DNA from: Candidatus Latescibacterota bacterium
GTDB lineage: Bacteria; Latescibacterota; UBA2968
Assembly: GCA_965208125.1 (NCBI GenBank)
Contig: OZ242320.1
Span: 4,064,001 to 4,128,000, forward strand
Length of the DNA: 64,000 nucleotides
Direction: 5' to 3'
Part shown: piece after piece, positions 38,836 through 48,076 of the stretch
Layout: every line of letters begins with the position of its first letter
Position numbering within the stretch: position 1 is the stretch's first letter
Translations under genes and position numbers: made by a program
Notes under the pieces: generated by a model
The model's database searches: none
The model's input: the letters and a program-made list of their open reading frames with translations, nothing else
Told to the model about the DNA's origin: nothing

Positions 38836-39903
38836 TCACTCTTTGAGGTGGAGAAGTATGTCTTCTGCTTTGCCTTTTAGAAATAGATCCTCTTGATGCA
38901 GAAATTCGGGTCTATTTGGCGAGATTGCTGTAATTAGAGTCCCCTGGTCACGGCAATAACTGATCAAACCATGCTCATCTCTGCCCAGGCCTATGGCGAG
39001 GAGGATTTTTCCTTCCTTTAACCAATTCCACCCCTTTCCGTCAGGTTCGAAATATGTATGGCTTTTCAGATGCACCCTCCTGGATCCCGCCCGTTCATGG
39101 AGTTTGTCATCATTCCCGGTGATGATGCGACGGATTGTACCGATTTCTTCGAGATGTGCCAGTGCCTTGTGGGCAGCATTCGGCTCTGCCTGAATGAATG
39201 CGGCCTGGAACTGCGCGAGTACCTGAGCCAGTCTGTGTGGTTTCTCGATCATCAGATTCGCAACTGTACCTGGAAATGGTTCATGCAGCGGGAAATGCCT
39301 TTCCAATCCTCTCTCTCCCCGAAAGCTTGGAATACCACTTCCCGTTGAGATGCCTGCGCCAGTGATCGCGATTGCGGGACTTTGAGAGAGGAGGTTGGAT
39401 AATTCAGCCAGTGAGACTTTCCTCGCTTCAGCAGGGCTTGCATTCTGACTCACTGGATAGTAATGACTTCGCTCTATAAGGGGATTACCAGAGGCTTCGG
39501 GTTTTGGTCGAAATCGTTCAAGGTGATGATCCCAGAGGTCATCCGCGTTTCCATAGGTTATTGCAAGATGGCTATCTGTGGTCCCACGATGGGGTGTCCC
39601 GGATGTGAAATAGATCCGGAATTGATCCCGTTCTTCGGGTTTGGATTGAGACCGACGAAGTGCCTCTTTGAGTGCCAAAACCTTAAAGGACGGTCCGTTT
39701 TCTGAATGCTTTCCTGAGCATGCGACACACAGATCGAGAAGATCGATCGATCCAGTTTCATCTACTCTTAGTCTCCCATAGAAACCAAATGTCCTTTCTG
39801 GGCCAGCGAAAGTCCAACCGAAGTCTGTGAAACTTCCCCAGATGGATCTGTAGCTCTGAAGTTGGGAGGGGGTGAGATCGATTACGTGCATCGTATTTTG
39901 CAT
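38836..39903 (-). CDS. Sir2-like domain protein with unknown N-terminal domain
   Basis: ITGAGISTGSGIPSFRG, AEPNAAH.AL..LE, IITGNDD.LHERAGS; start uncertain (39891-39939). Confidence 0.8.
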   Translation of the reverse strand: MQNTMHVIDLTPSQLQSYRSIWGSFTDFGWTFAGPERTFGFYGRLRVDETGSIDLLDLCVACSGKHSENGPSFKVLALKEALRRSQSKPEERDQFRIYFTSGTPHRGTTDSHLAITYGNADDLWDHHLERFRPKPEASGNPLIERSHYYPVSQNASPAEARKVSLAELSNLLSQSPAIAITGAGISTGSGIPSFRGERGLERHFPLHEPFPGTVANLMIEKPHRLAQVLAQFQAAFIQAEPNAAHKALAHLEEIGTIRRIITGNDDKLHERAGSRRVHLKSHTYFEPDGKGWNWLKEGKILLAIGLGRDEHGLISYCRDQGTLITAISPNRPEFLHQEDLFLKGKAEDILLHLKE

Positions 39904-39958
39904 CCGTATTATTGAGGATAGAGTCTGAATCTTCCTCAATGGAAGTAGCCAGTGAATA

Positions 39959-41089
39959 CTATCCTCTTTGTTTTTTACCTTTCTTTTCCGCTAAATGTAG
40001 GATTCGATGGACAAAGTCGGTTTTGCCTTCTGTATAACCCTTACCAGATGGGTCTTTCTGTAATAACTCTTCTTTGAGTTTTGCATACTCATCTCTTGCT
40101 TCTTGATTAGATCGCAAAAAGTCGCGGAAAAGGATCTGACGATCCCAAAATCCTCCACGGTCAGTATAGGCAATAGACAGATGGAACTTGACAGGGGTGC
40201 CCTTGGCAAAGAAGTGCCGTTCGGTACTGGATCGGGTGGGGTAGAAATCGTACCCTATTTGAGCAAGGGCTTTTATGAAGCCATCGGCATCTTTGTGATT
40301 TTCAATCTTAACGGCAATATCAATTATCGGTTTCGATGGCAGTTTCTCAATGGATGTACTACCGATATGTTCAATCTCTATAGCTGCCGTACCGAATATA
40401 TCCCAGAGCTTACGTTTTTCCACGTTAAATTCCCGCTTCCAGATTGGCTGATATTGAGACAATTGGATTGGAGTAGAATTATTCATTCTTTGACTCAGCT
40501 TTGATATCCACTCGTGTCCAGGATAGCATAGCTCCAAACATCGTTTTAGCCACGCAGCTTCCTCGTAGTTGAGGAGCGGCAGAGTATTCCTGAAGTCGGC
40601 GTTATTCCGATCGATCTGTAGATTGTTCGCCTTATAGAGAAGCTGAATCTGCGGAGAGAGGTAAGGTATTCCGGATTTGGTTATCCGTCCCAGGAAGGAA
40701 ATTGGCCCGGTGATCTTCGGTTCACGACGGAAAACCCACGAATCCCCGTCTGTTTCCATAAGCATCAATTGGATCGCCCAGGGGGATTCTGGCGTACGGC
40801 GCCCCCAAATGTCATTAATGGGTGGATTCAGGAATTCGCCTTTGGCCCATGTCGTAAACTCTGGCGATCTCCTGTCGCTTAGATCCCAATCAGAAAGGTG
40901 TTCCTGGAATATGAGTTGATCGTCCCTGAGGATCAGGATATCCAGGTCCCCATGAGGACGTGTCTGACGACCGATAAAGAGATCAATGGCCCATCCGCCT
41001 GAAATCCACCACGGTGCGGATAGCCCGGATAATAGCTCTTGTGCCTCCATGGGGGAGAGCGGGTCCCAAACATGAGCGGTTTCTTCCAA
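39959..41089 (-). CDS. Fusion of aminoglycoside-nucleotidyltransferase-like domain and GrpB domain
   Basis: WWISGGWAIDLF.GRQTRPHGDLDI, LSPQIQLLYKA; then IEHIGSTSI..L.SKPIIDI, FRDFLR, Y..LK, YT.GKT. Confidence 0.85.
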   Translation of the reverse strand: MEETAHVWDPLSPMEAQELLSGLSAPWWISGGWAIDLFIGRQTRPHGDLDILILRDDQLIFQEHLSDWDLSDRRSPEFTTWAKGEFLNPPINDIWGRRTPESPWAIQLMLMETDGDSWVFRREPKITGPISFLGRITKSGIPYLSPQIQLLYKANNLQIDRNNADFRNTLPLLNYEEAAWLKRCLELCYPGHEWISKLSQRMNNSTPIQLSQYQPIWKREFNVEKRKLWDIFGTAAIEIEHIGSTSIEKLPSKPIIDIAVKIENHKDADGFIKALAQIGYDFYPTRSSTERHFFAKGTPVKFHLSIAYTDRGGFWDRQILFRDFLRSNQEARDEYAKLKEELLQKDPSGKGYTEGKTDFVHRILHLAEKKGKKQRG

Positions 41090-41168
41090 GTAACTTACTC
41101 CTTGTATGCTACGCCAGAACTAAATTTTGCAGAAATCTTATCGCGCGTCTTCTGATTATTAAGGCTGT

Positions 41169-41939
41169 TCAATTTTTGACCAGAATCACGTAGGTCCTGC
41201 GGGAGATCTCTTGAAAGCCAAGTTTCGCTGCAACTCGCAATGAGGCAAAGTTGTCCTCTCCCGTGCTCCAGATGGGAACGCGTCCTTGTTCTTGAAGCCG
41301 ATTCGATACTATTGAGGCGGCGGCACTACACAGACCTCTTTTGCGCCAGGGTTCAAGAGTACCAACGCCAATCTCACCGTGAAGATCAGTGACGCCGCTT
41401 GTGTGGGCTATGGACACCAATCGCCCCGCATCAATAGCGCCCGCTACAATTCCCTCTGAGAGCATTGTTTCCATATCCTCATAACCACCACCCTGTATTT
41501 CGATAGGTGCGGATGCAATTAAGTTTCGGTCCTGCATGGTTAATCTGCGGACGTATTCACTGGTGAACAGTTGGACTGGTCTCGTCAACGAATGATAAAC
41601 ATCGCCGTAGTACCGTACTTTTACTCCGTTGGAATTCTCTATCAGATCACCAAGCGGTTTGGCGCATTGTCGATTCACACCTATACAGTCCCAACCCTCC
41701 ACTAACTGAAGCAATTCCCACAGTGCTCGCGCCTCGGTCCCAAATCCCCTGGGTTCTTCTGAATCGAAGTGGCCCTGGACGATAGCTGCGCTGAAGGAGG
41801 TGGGACTTCCCGCTACAAAAGCCTTGCACAGTTTCTTTCTTAGAAGGTGTACTGCCACTACAGTCTCGGGGGTATCACCCAGAGTTTTCGCGAGTTCGGC
41901 GAAATCCGCTGGATTTAGTTGTGCGATGTCGTATGCCAT
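41169..41939 (-). CDS. GNAT family acetyltransferase
   Basis: EIGVGTLEPWRKRGL, PIWST.EDN.ASLRVAAKLGF. Confidence 0.85.
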   Translation of the reverse strand: MAYDIAQLNPADFAELAKTLGDTPETVVAVHLLRKKLCKAFVAGSPTSFSAAIVQGHFDSEEPRGFGTEARALWELLQLVEGWDCIGVNRQCAKPLGDLIENSNGVKVRYYGDVYHSLTRPVQLFTSEYVRRLTMQDRNLIASAPIEIQGGGYEDMETMLSEGIVAGAIDAGRLVSIAHTSGVTDLHGEIGVGTLEPWRKRGLCSAAASIVSNRLQEQGRVPIWSTGEDNFASLRVAAKLGFQEISRRTYVILVKN

Positions 41940-43255
41940 TGAAATTGTTGACTCCTTGTGTCTTCGATTCGAAGAGCATCCGTTATTTGCCCCTCCCTTT
42001 CAGCTCGAAAGCTTATAGATTTACCATCTTTAACTGTAAAAGTCACCGTGTAATACGGATCGGTAGAAAAAACAAAGGTGTGATTTCCTATGGCTCGAAG
42101 TGAACGACCACTTACTCTGAGTGTACCTTCTGCAACTGATACTGGGAATGGCACGGGTGCCATGGTCGAACACCACTTGTAAGTTCCCGTATAGATTTCG
42201 AGGTTATCTTCTGACACCTGGATTTCATCAATTACGATTTCAGGAATCCCCAACATCAGGCGTGAAATCTGACTTTCAAGTTGTGCCTGTGGCGCAGAGT
42301 TGAGATTGCACAATACAGTGACTGTAAGATCATCATCGGGGTAAGCAGATAATTGGGCACGAAATCCGTTTATGGTTCCGCCATGTTCAATTTTGCGATG
42401 TCCATTGAGATTGCTGATGAAAAAACCATATCCGTATGTAGTATGTTTTCCATTCCTTAAAAGACCTGGCTCAATCATCTTATTATAACTTTGTCGTGAT
42501 ATGAGTTGATTCTCGTTTAGTGCAGTCTGCCATTTCAGCAGGTCTAATATACTGGAACCCAATGAGCCGCCAGAGAATGGGTTATCCATGCCGATGGGGC
42601 GCGCCAAAACAAATTCATTATCCTTATGGTCATAACCCGTTGCAAAATTCTTGATAGGTTTGGTTTTTCCCAAATAGTGAGTGTCAAACATTTCCAAAGG
42701 TTGCCATACGTTCGCTTTGAGAAAGTCAGCATAGCTCATACCAGATACATTTTCGATTATCAAGCCCAGGAGGTAATACCCTGAGTTATTGTACTGGAAA
42801 TTTTCATCTGGTGAAAATTCGATGGGTTCTGATGAGAACAGACCAACGACCTCCTGCCGGGAAAGATCGCGTTCAGATATTTCCCAAAATCTCTCAATAT
42901 CTGTATAGCTTTTGATGCCCGATGTATGGTTGAGAAGCTGATCAATCGTGACTTTATGAGCTCTTTGGGGATAATTGGACAGATAGTCCAGCATAATATC
43001 ATTCAAATTCACCTTACCCTGTTCAACAAGAATCATGATAGCGAGAGCTGTAAACTGTTTCGTTATTGAGCCAATCCGGTAAACAGTATGTTCAGTAGCT
43101 TCTACTTTTTTGTTCAAATCTGCGTAGCCATATCCACGCGCAAGAATGATCTCATTATGGCGCATAACACCCACCGATGCCCCCACCAATTGGGTCTCAT
43201 TTATCGCATTTTCTATAATTGCATCAATCTGATCTTGAATGGTCATGTCTGGCAT
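41915..43255 (-). CDS. Serine hydrolase, beta-lactamase class C/PBP-like
   Basis: SITK (SxxK), LLNHTSGI, YNN (YxN), HGG. Confidence 0.9.
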   Translation of the reverse strand: MPDMTIQDQIDAIIENAINETQLVGASVGVMRHNEIILARGYGYADLNKKVEATEHTVYRIGSITKQFTALAIMILVEQGKVNLNDIMLDYLSNYPQRAHKVTIDQLLNHTSGIKSYTDIERFWEISERDLSRQEVVGLFSSEPIEFSPDENFQYNNSGYYLLGLIIENVSGMSYADFLKANVWQPLEMFDTHYLGKTKPIKNFATGYDHKDNEFVLARPIGMDNPFSGGSLGSSILDLLKWQTALNENQLISRQSYNKMIEPGLLRNGKHTTYGYGFFISNLNGHRKIEHGGTINGFRAQLSAYPDDDLTVTVLCNLNSAPQAQLESQISRLMLGIPEIVIDEIQVSEDNLEIYTGTYKWCSTMAPVPFPVSVAEGTLRVSGRSLRAIGNHTFVFSTDPYYTVTFTVKDGKSISFRAEREGQITDALRIEDTRSQQFQWHTTSHN

Positions 43256-43270
43256 GAATTCTCCATTTTT

Positions 43271-44077
43271 TTAATTCATACGACGAGTTCTTGCGACAAG
43301 AATCGGGGGGATCTCGCCAAAATTTGTCCAGGAGAGTGATCGTTTTTCATTGGGTTTTGATTCAAATACCGGTTCTTCTAAGCCATCGATCACAAACCCA
43401 GCGTCAAAGCAGCTTTGAAAAAGCTGACTCAATGATCTGTGAAAATAACGTGTGGGCACGGGCTGACCTTTTATCCCAATGCCACGATACGTGGTGGGGG
43501 TGATATAAGTTGAAGTTTTGATTGAGTGACGAACTTCGATTTCACCGTCACAGTCTTCTTCCTCAACCATTTTAACTGCCCCTGGTGATTGAAAACAAGG
43601 ATGTGCCAATGTGAAGACGAAACGTCCCTGCAATTTCAATATGGAACTTAAGGCGGCAAATAGGGGCTGGAGGGTGGCCATATCCATAAAAGCCTGGTTG
43701 CATACCACCGCGTCAAAATGATCTTCACCGAGACCGAGTAATTGGGTCCTATCAGTTGCATCGATGACTCGATATGTGATTCTGTCAGCTTGATTGGTCG
43801 TTCGCTTCCTGGCCTGAGTAACAAATGTCTTGCTAAAATCAATTGCCACAACTTCTGCACCTAATGTGGCAAGTCGCCGAGAGAAATTACCGTTCCCACA
43901 AGCAACATCCAGAACCACTTCTCCAGGCTTTATGGCAAGTAGCCTTTCGACGGTCGGCCGAATAAGCTGATTGTGAAAATGGTTGCCTTCTCCAATATAC
44001 TCATCCCAAAAGGCAGCATTCTGATCCCAAAACTCACGTGTTTCGGACGTTAGCTCTGGCCATTCTGAAGTAATCAT
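43271..44077 (-). CDS. Class I SAM-dependent methyltransferase
   Basis: VLDVACGNG, DAT, GRFVF...HPCF, YFHRSL. Confidence 0.9.
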   Translation of the reverse strand: MITSEWPELTSETREFWDQNAAFWDEYIGEGNHFHNQLIRPTVERLLAIKPGEVVLDVACGNGNFSRRLATLGAEVVAIDFSKTFVTQARKRTTNQADRITYRVIDATDRTQLLGLGEDHFDAVVCNQAFMDMATLQPLFAALSSILKLQGRFVFTLAHPCFQSPGAVKMVEEEDCDGEIEVRHSIKTSTYITPTTYRGIGIKGQPVPTRYFHRSLSQLFQSCFDAGFVIDGLEEPVFESKPNEKRSLSWTNFGEIPPILVARTRRMN

Positions 44078-44100
44078 AGTTTATCCTTTTAGCTATCATT

Positions 44101-45225
44101 CTATTTCCCATTATCTGTCTCGCTGACCGCAGGCAACACATGACCAATCGCGATCCGGAACGCCTGATTGGCCCCAGACGAACTGTAGTTGCCTCCCGTA
44201 AAGACAATGACCAGAGACAACTCTGGGATGGCGAAAATGTACTGACCGCCGTTTCCTTCGGCCGCAAGAACGTCAACTGATCGCCCGCGGTATGGAAAAT
44301 GATCGAGCCACCAGCCAAACCCGTATCGGTCGTTGCTGTAATGCCCTTTCGCCGACTCGCTGATCCAGGCTGCCGATACAATCTGCCTACCGTGAAAACG
44401 CCCGTTATCCACATAGAGTTGGCCGATCTTCGCCATATCGCGCGGCCTGAGTCGTAAGCCAGCATGCGTTTGGGGCAAGCCATTTTTGGTGTACCACCAT
44501 TCTGAATGATCTATTCCGAGCGGAGCAAAGAGATATTTATCTGCGAATTTGTCCACCTGCATACCCGATGCCCGCTTAATTACGCCAGCGAGCAAGATGA
44601 AACAACCGCTGTTGTAGTTGAATCGTGAACCTGGTTCGTCCGACATCTCTCTGGAAAGCACATACTCTATAAAGTCGCTGGCGTTTTCCATCTGCGCTTC
44701 GGAATTGAGGGAACCCGGCTCAGAGTTATGTGCGCCAGATTGATCCCATTTGAATCCGGCGGTCATCGTCAGTAGATGCTTCAGGGTAATTCGCCCTTTC
44801 TCCTCCGTCAGGTGGTGGGCATACTCCGGAAAAAAACGAGCCATTGGCATATCCACAGAGTCAATATATCCATGATCGATGGCGATGCCGATTAGTGTAG
44901 ATGTGATGCTTTTGGAAACGGACCGTGTATCATGCAGGGTTTGCTCGCCGAACTCGACCACGCCCCTCGCACCATCTGTGCCGGTGTAATACGCTTCGAA
45001 TACCAGCTTGCCATTTCTGACGATCAGAAAACTGTGGATGTTCTCGTAAATCTGGCTGCGTATCTGGTTTGCAACCTGAACAATCGGTTCTGGATCGATC
45101 CCCTCCGCTTCAAGAGTTGATAAGGGCCATTCATCGGGCATGGTAGATTCTCTGGTTTCTTCCGCCATTGCGATGCTGGGAAGACAAACGAACCATAGGA
45201 ACAGGGCTATAGCTGGTTTCAACAT
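44101..45225 (-). CDS. Secreted serine hydrolase (6-aminohexanoate-dimer hydrolase/beta-lactamase-like)
   Basis: Signal peptide, SVSK, HLLTMTAG, YNS, LRPRDMAKIG.L, GNGGQ. Confidence 0.88.
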   Translation of the reverse strand: MLKPAIALFLWFVCLPSIAMAEETRESTMPDEWPLSTLEAEGIDPEPIVQVANQIRSQIYENIHSFLIVRNGKLVFEAYYTGTDGARGVVEFGEQTLHDTRSVSKSITSTLIGIAIDHGYIDSVDMPMARFFPEYAHHLTEEKGRITLKHLLTMTAGFKWDQSGAHNSEPGSLNSEAQMENASDFIEYVLSREMSDEPGSRFNYNSGCFILLAGVIKRASGMQVDKFADKYLFAPLGIDHSEWWYTKNGLPQTHAGLRLRPRDMAKIGQLYVDNGRFHGRQIVSAAWISESAKGHYSNDRYGFGWWLDHFPYRGRSVDVLAAEGNGGQYIFAIPELSLVIVFTGGNYSSSGANQAFRIAIGHVLPAVSETDNGK

Positions 45226-45345
45226 GTGGAATCCTGCCGAGAGGCAGCGAAAGGCAGAGCAATCAGCAAACAAGAACAGCTCCAGAACCTGTCTAATATC
45301 CCGAATGCGATCACAGCAGTCACCTTCATGCAAAAAGTTCTCCTT

Positions 45346-45861
45346 TCAAATTTTCGGGAACATCAAGGATCTGGTGGACCAGTTCTTGACAAGAGTGTGG
45401 CTCTTGAGCCTCCTCGCAATGGCCAGCAGGACGACTGCTGCCAGAGTCGTCCTCCAAAAGGCGATTTGGTGTGGGTTGAGATTGACTGCCTTGCCGAAGG
45501 GGCTGATGAATCCATACAGAAGGGTCGCAACATGGAACTCGACAAGCGCACGCGAACTGCGTGTCATTTTTACCATTCGTACTACGACTCGCGTCCGCGG
45601 TTGTACGCTTTCCCGTTCTTTAGCGAGCTTGGCGCGCAAGACCTCCAGCATGGAATGAGAAGCATCCATCCCCGTGACATCAACGCCTTGTCGCGCCAGC
45701 GGCAGAGTAATTCTCCCGGTGCCGCAGCCGAATTCGAGGATCGGGCCACCGTACTCATCGGCTAGATCGAGGTAGAAATCCCTGTCCACCAGATCGTCTT
45801 TGACGCTGTATGCCGCGTCGTAATGCTTTGCTCCCCCCAAACTGTAGGAATCATCAATCAT
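45346..45861 (-). pseudogene. Chimeric remnant: SAM methyltransferase N-terminus joined to EamA/DMT transporter N-terminus
   Basis: GPILEFGCGTGRITLPLA..G..VTG.DAS..ML, then from ATG 45567 MTRSSRALVEFHVATLLYGF...IAFWRT.LA, then early stop. Confidence 0.7.
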
Positions 45862-46247
45862 TGTTTGTTGCCTATCGTACTTGACCAACCACTGTCATAG
45901 GCCGCACGAAAATTCATAGGCGGTGATGTGACTGATATATAGATAAAGGGCTGGGTACCCGAGTTGATGAACCCATGAAGGTCACCGTCCTCGAATCGAA
46001 CGACGTCACCAGCGGCGAATTTTTCTGCCACCTCGTTTTCCAGAATCAAATTTCCGGAACCTTGTAAAGCTATCCAAATCTGTTCTGATGTTTTATGTCG
46101 ATGTGCAGGGTTTTTACCTCCAGGTGGGACGGTGACGTGTGTAATCGTGACCCTTTCCGAAGAGGAGTTCTCGGGAAATAGCAGTTGTCGAGATTCTATT
46201 CCAGAATTACAGAATACCTGAATGTCCGACGAGCGAATCAGCTCCAT
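45858..46247 (-). CDS. Cupin domain protein
   Basis: PPGG...AHRH...EQIW..L.G.G, GD......G.LHG..N. Confidence 0.88.
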   Translation of the reverse strand: MELIRSSDIQVFCNSGIESRQLLFPENSSSERVTITHVTVPPGGKNPAHRHKTSEQIWIALQGSGNLILENEVAEKFAAGDVVRFEDGDLHGFINSGTQPFIYISVTSPPMNFRAAYDSGWSSTIGNKQ

Positions 46248-46330
46248 TTTGAATCCTCCTCAGCAGCTTTTTTGACTTTCAGTTTACTATCGTGCGGTGA
46301 AAACCTGCATATCTTTTAATTGTTGTCACC

Positions 46331-46370
46331 AAATTGTAAAGCCCACTACCATTTTGGGGCAGTGGGCGAT
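46331..46370. repeat. Hairpin repeat copy 1 (terminator-like on minus strand; IS200/IS605-end/REP-like)
   Basis: aaattgtaaagcccactaccattttggggcagtgggcgat; identical to 50402-50440 except for one extra T. Confidence 0.8.
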
Positions 46371-46408
46371 TAGCGGTCTGCAGAACTTCTACATTGCCTC
46401 TTTTTTAT

Positions 46409-46594
46409 CTATACTGATGTCTTCTGAATTGAACTTTCAAAAAAGCGAAGGCGTTCTTCCATTGATGAATCTTTGGTCTGCAAATAATGCACTTGCCGAA
46501 TGAAGTGTATTTCCTGCATCATTTCATCATTCGGAAATTCCTTCCGAACATCCTCCCAAATCTTATCCCGCTCTGCCTGCGTCACTTTCCTCAT
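46409..46594 (-). CDS. Small putative antitoxin partner of the PIN-domain protein
   Basis: 61 aa MRKVTQAERDKIWEDVRKEFP.DEMMQEIH, directly downstream of the PIN gene with AGGAGG RBS. Confidence 0.55.
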   Translation of the reverse strand: MRKVTQAERDKIWEDVRKEFPNDEMMQEIHFIRQVHYLQTKDSSMEERLRFFESSIQKTSV

Positions 46595-46604
46595 AGATGA
46601 CCTC

Positions 46605-47060
46605 CTATAACTCCGGCGGAGCAATAATCTCTATCTGTCCATAGCCCTTCAACGCATTGATCAAATTAACCTCTCGCCGCGTGTTCACTTTTACCAGATG
46701 TGTGAAGTTCCAACTGCAAAAATACCCAATTCCATTGGTCACCGCAATAGCAACATGGTTGGCATCATCTATGTACTTTTCCGGAAAAACTTCTCTTCTG
46801 ACATATTCTTGAGCCAGAGCGTCGGCTTCTTCATTGAACACCAAAACATCGAAGTCCTTCACCAGGTTTTCTAATTGCCTTCTTCTTGCGGCATTTGGGG
46901 TACCACGAATTTCTAACAAGACAATGCTTGAAATAACAGCCTCAAAACCTGATAAAAGTAATTCCCAAAACTGAAGGGTCTGTCTCTGACGCTCTGGGGT
47001 TCTTGAATCGTAATATGCACTTGGAACAGTTGAATCCAGATAAACCTTCTGTTTTGCCAT
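46605..47060 (-). CDS. PIN-domain (VapC-like) protein
   Basis: VYLDSTVPS, IS..V..EI, DA.HVAIA, SWNF.HLV, I..P.E. Confidence 0.85.
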   Translation of the reverse strand: MAKQKVYLDSTVPSAYYDSRTPERQRQTLQFWELLLSGFEAVISSIVLLEIRGTPNAARRRQLENLVKDFDVLVFNEEADALAQEYVRREVFPEKYIDDANHVAIAVTNGIGYFCSWNFTHLVKVNTRREVNLINALKGYGQIEIIAPPEL

Positions 47061-47072
47061 GTGTAATCTCTA

Positions 47073-47711
47073 CTATGTATTTTCGACTCGAAAACCACTA
47101 ACGAATTCACGAATCACCCAAAGATGTTGATCTGGTTTATAAAGCGTTTGAATATATCCTGTATCCCCAAAAGAAAATTCAATTCCCTGACCACTGACTG
47201 GTGGCTGTGCACCAACTATGCATCGCAACGTGGCATTTAAAATACCTCCGTGTGCGACCACCAAGTAGCGCCCTTTTCCCAGTCGGATCACTTTCTCCAG
47301 CGCCCGTGCGGCTCGACAGTGAAATGCCCACGCACTCTCTCCAGCATCTGCACTTACAACATGGGGTTGAAAGGGATTATGAAAAGCAGGTAATGGATAT
47401 CTGGCTCTGGCGACCTGATGTGGCAGACCTGCAATCGGGCCATTATCCTTTTCCATCCAGTCTGCATCGAACTCGACCCCTACCCCCAGGATGTTATCTA
47501 CAATATGGGCTGTCTCGCAGGCTCGCTTTAATGGGCTTGCAATGATTCTGTCAAATTTTATCTTTCTTGCCTTCAGTTCCTGTGCTCGGGCTTCAGCTTG
47601 TTCACGACCCACGTCTGTAAGAGGTGAATCATATCGGCCCTCAATGACATTCTCGTCATCTGCTCGAGAGCGTCCGTGGCGCATGAACATAATCTTGATA
47701 TCATCATTCAT
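47073..47711 (-). CDS. Histidine phosphatase family protein
   Basis: RHG, DSPLT..G..QA, SPL.RA.ETA, VVAHGG. Confidence 0.9.
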   Translation of the reverse strand: MNDDIKIMFMRHGRSRADDENVIEGRYDSPLTDVGREQAEARAQELKARKIKFDRIIASPLKRACETAHIVDNILGVGVEFDADWMEKDNGPIAGLPHQVARARYPLPAFHNPFQPHVVSADAGESAWAFHCRAARALEKVIRLGKGRYLVVAHGGILNATLRCIVGAQPPVSGQGIEFSFGDTGYIQTLYKPDQHLWVIREFVSGFRVENT

Positions 47712-47733
47712 AAAATAACTCCATCGTCAATCT

Positions 47734-48066
47734 TCACATACTCTTACAAGAATCTCCGCTGAGTCCGAGGTGTTCGTAGAACTCTTTGCCCAGCTGGTCC
47801 AGAGGCTTTCCATACACCGGCTCAAAGACACTAAGGTCAGTTTCTTTTTTTCCTTTCGCGCCACGCCATAGATCCCCAAATCGTTTCGTCCCGTACTGGT
47901 CAATGAGAAACCTGACAAAGGTGCCAGCGACCTTGGCCTGCGAAGTGTCCGTCGTTTTGCGGGGGAGTGGGGCTTTGGGATTTCTGGCGTCTGGTGGTTG
48001 GATTTTTCCTTTAATATACTGTGATATAGAGAGATCTACAATTCTAAGAATTCGGTGATTTTTCAT
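47734..48066 (-). pseudogene. Probable C-terminal fragment of a peptidase MA-like protein
   Basis: GTFVRFLIDQYG..RF..LW, FEPVYGKPLDQL..EF; no HExxH region upstream. Confidence 0.45.
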
Positions 48067-48076
48067 GGAGAGAGCT

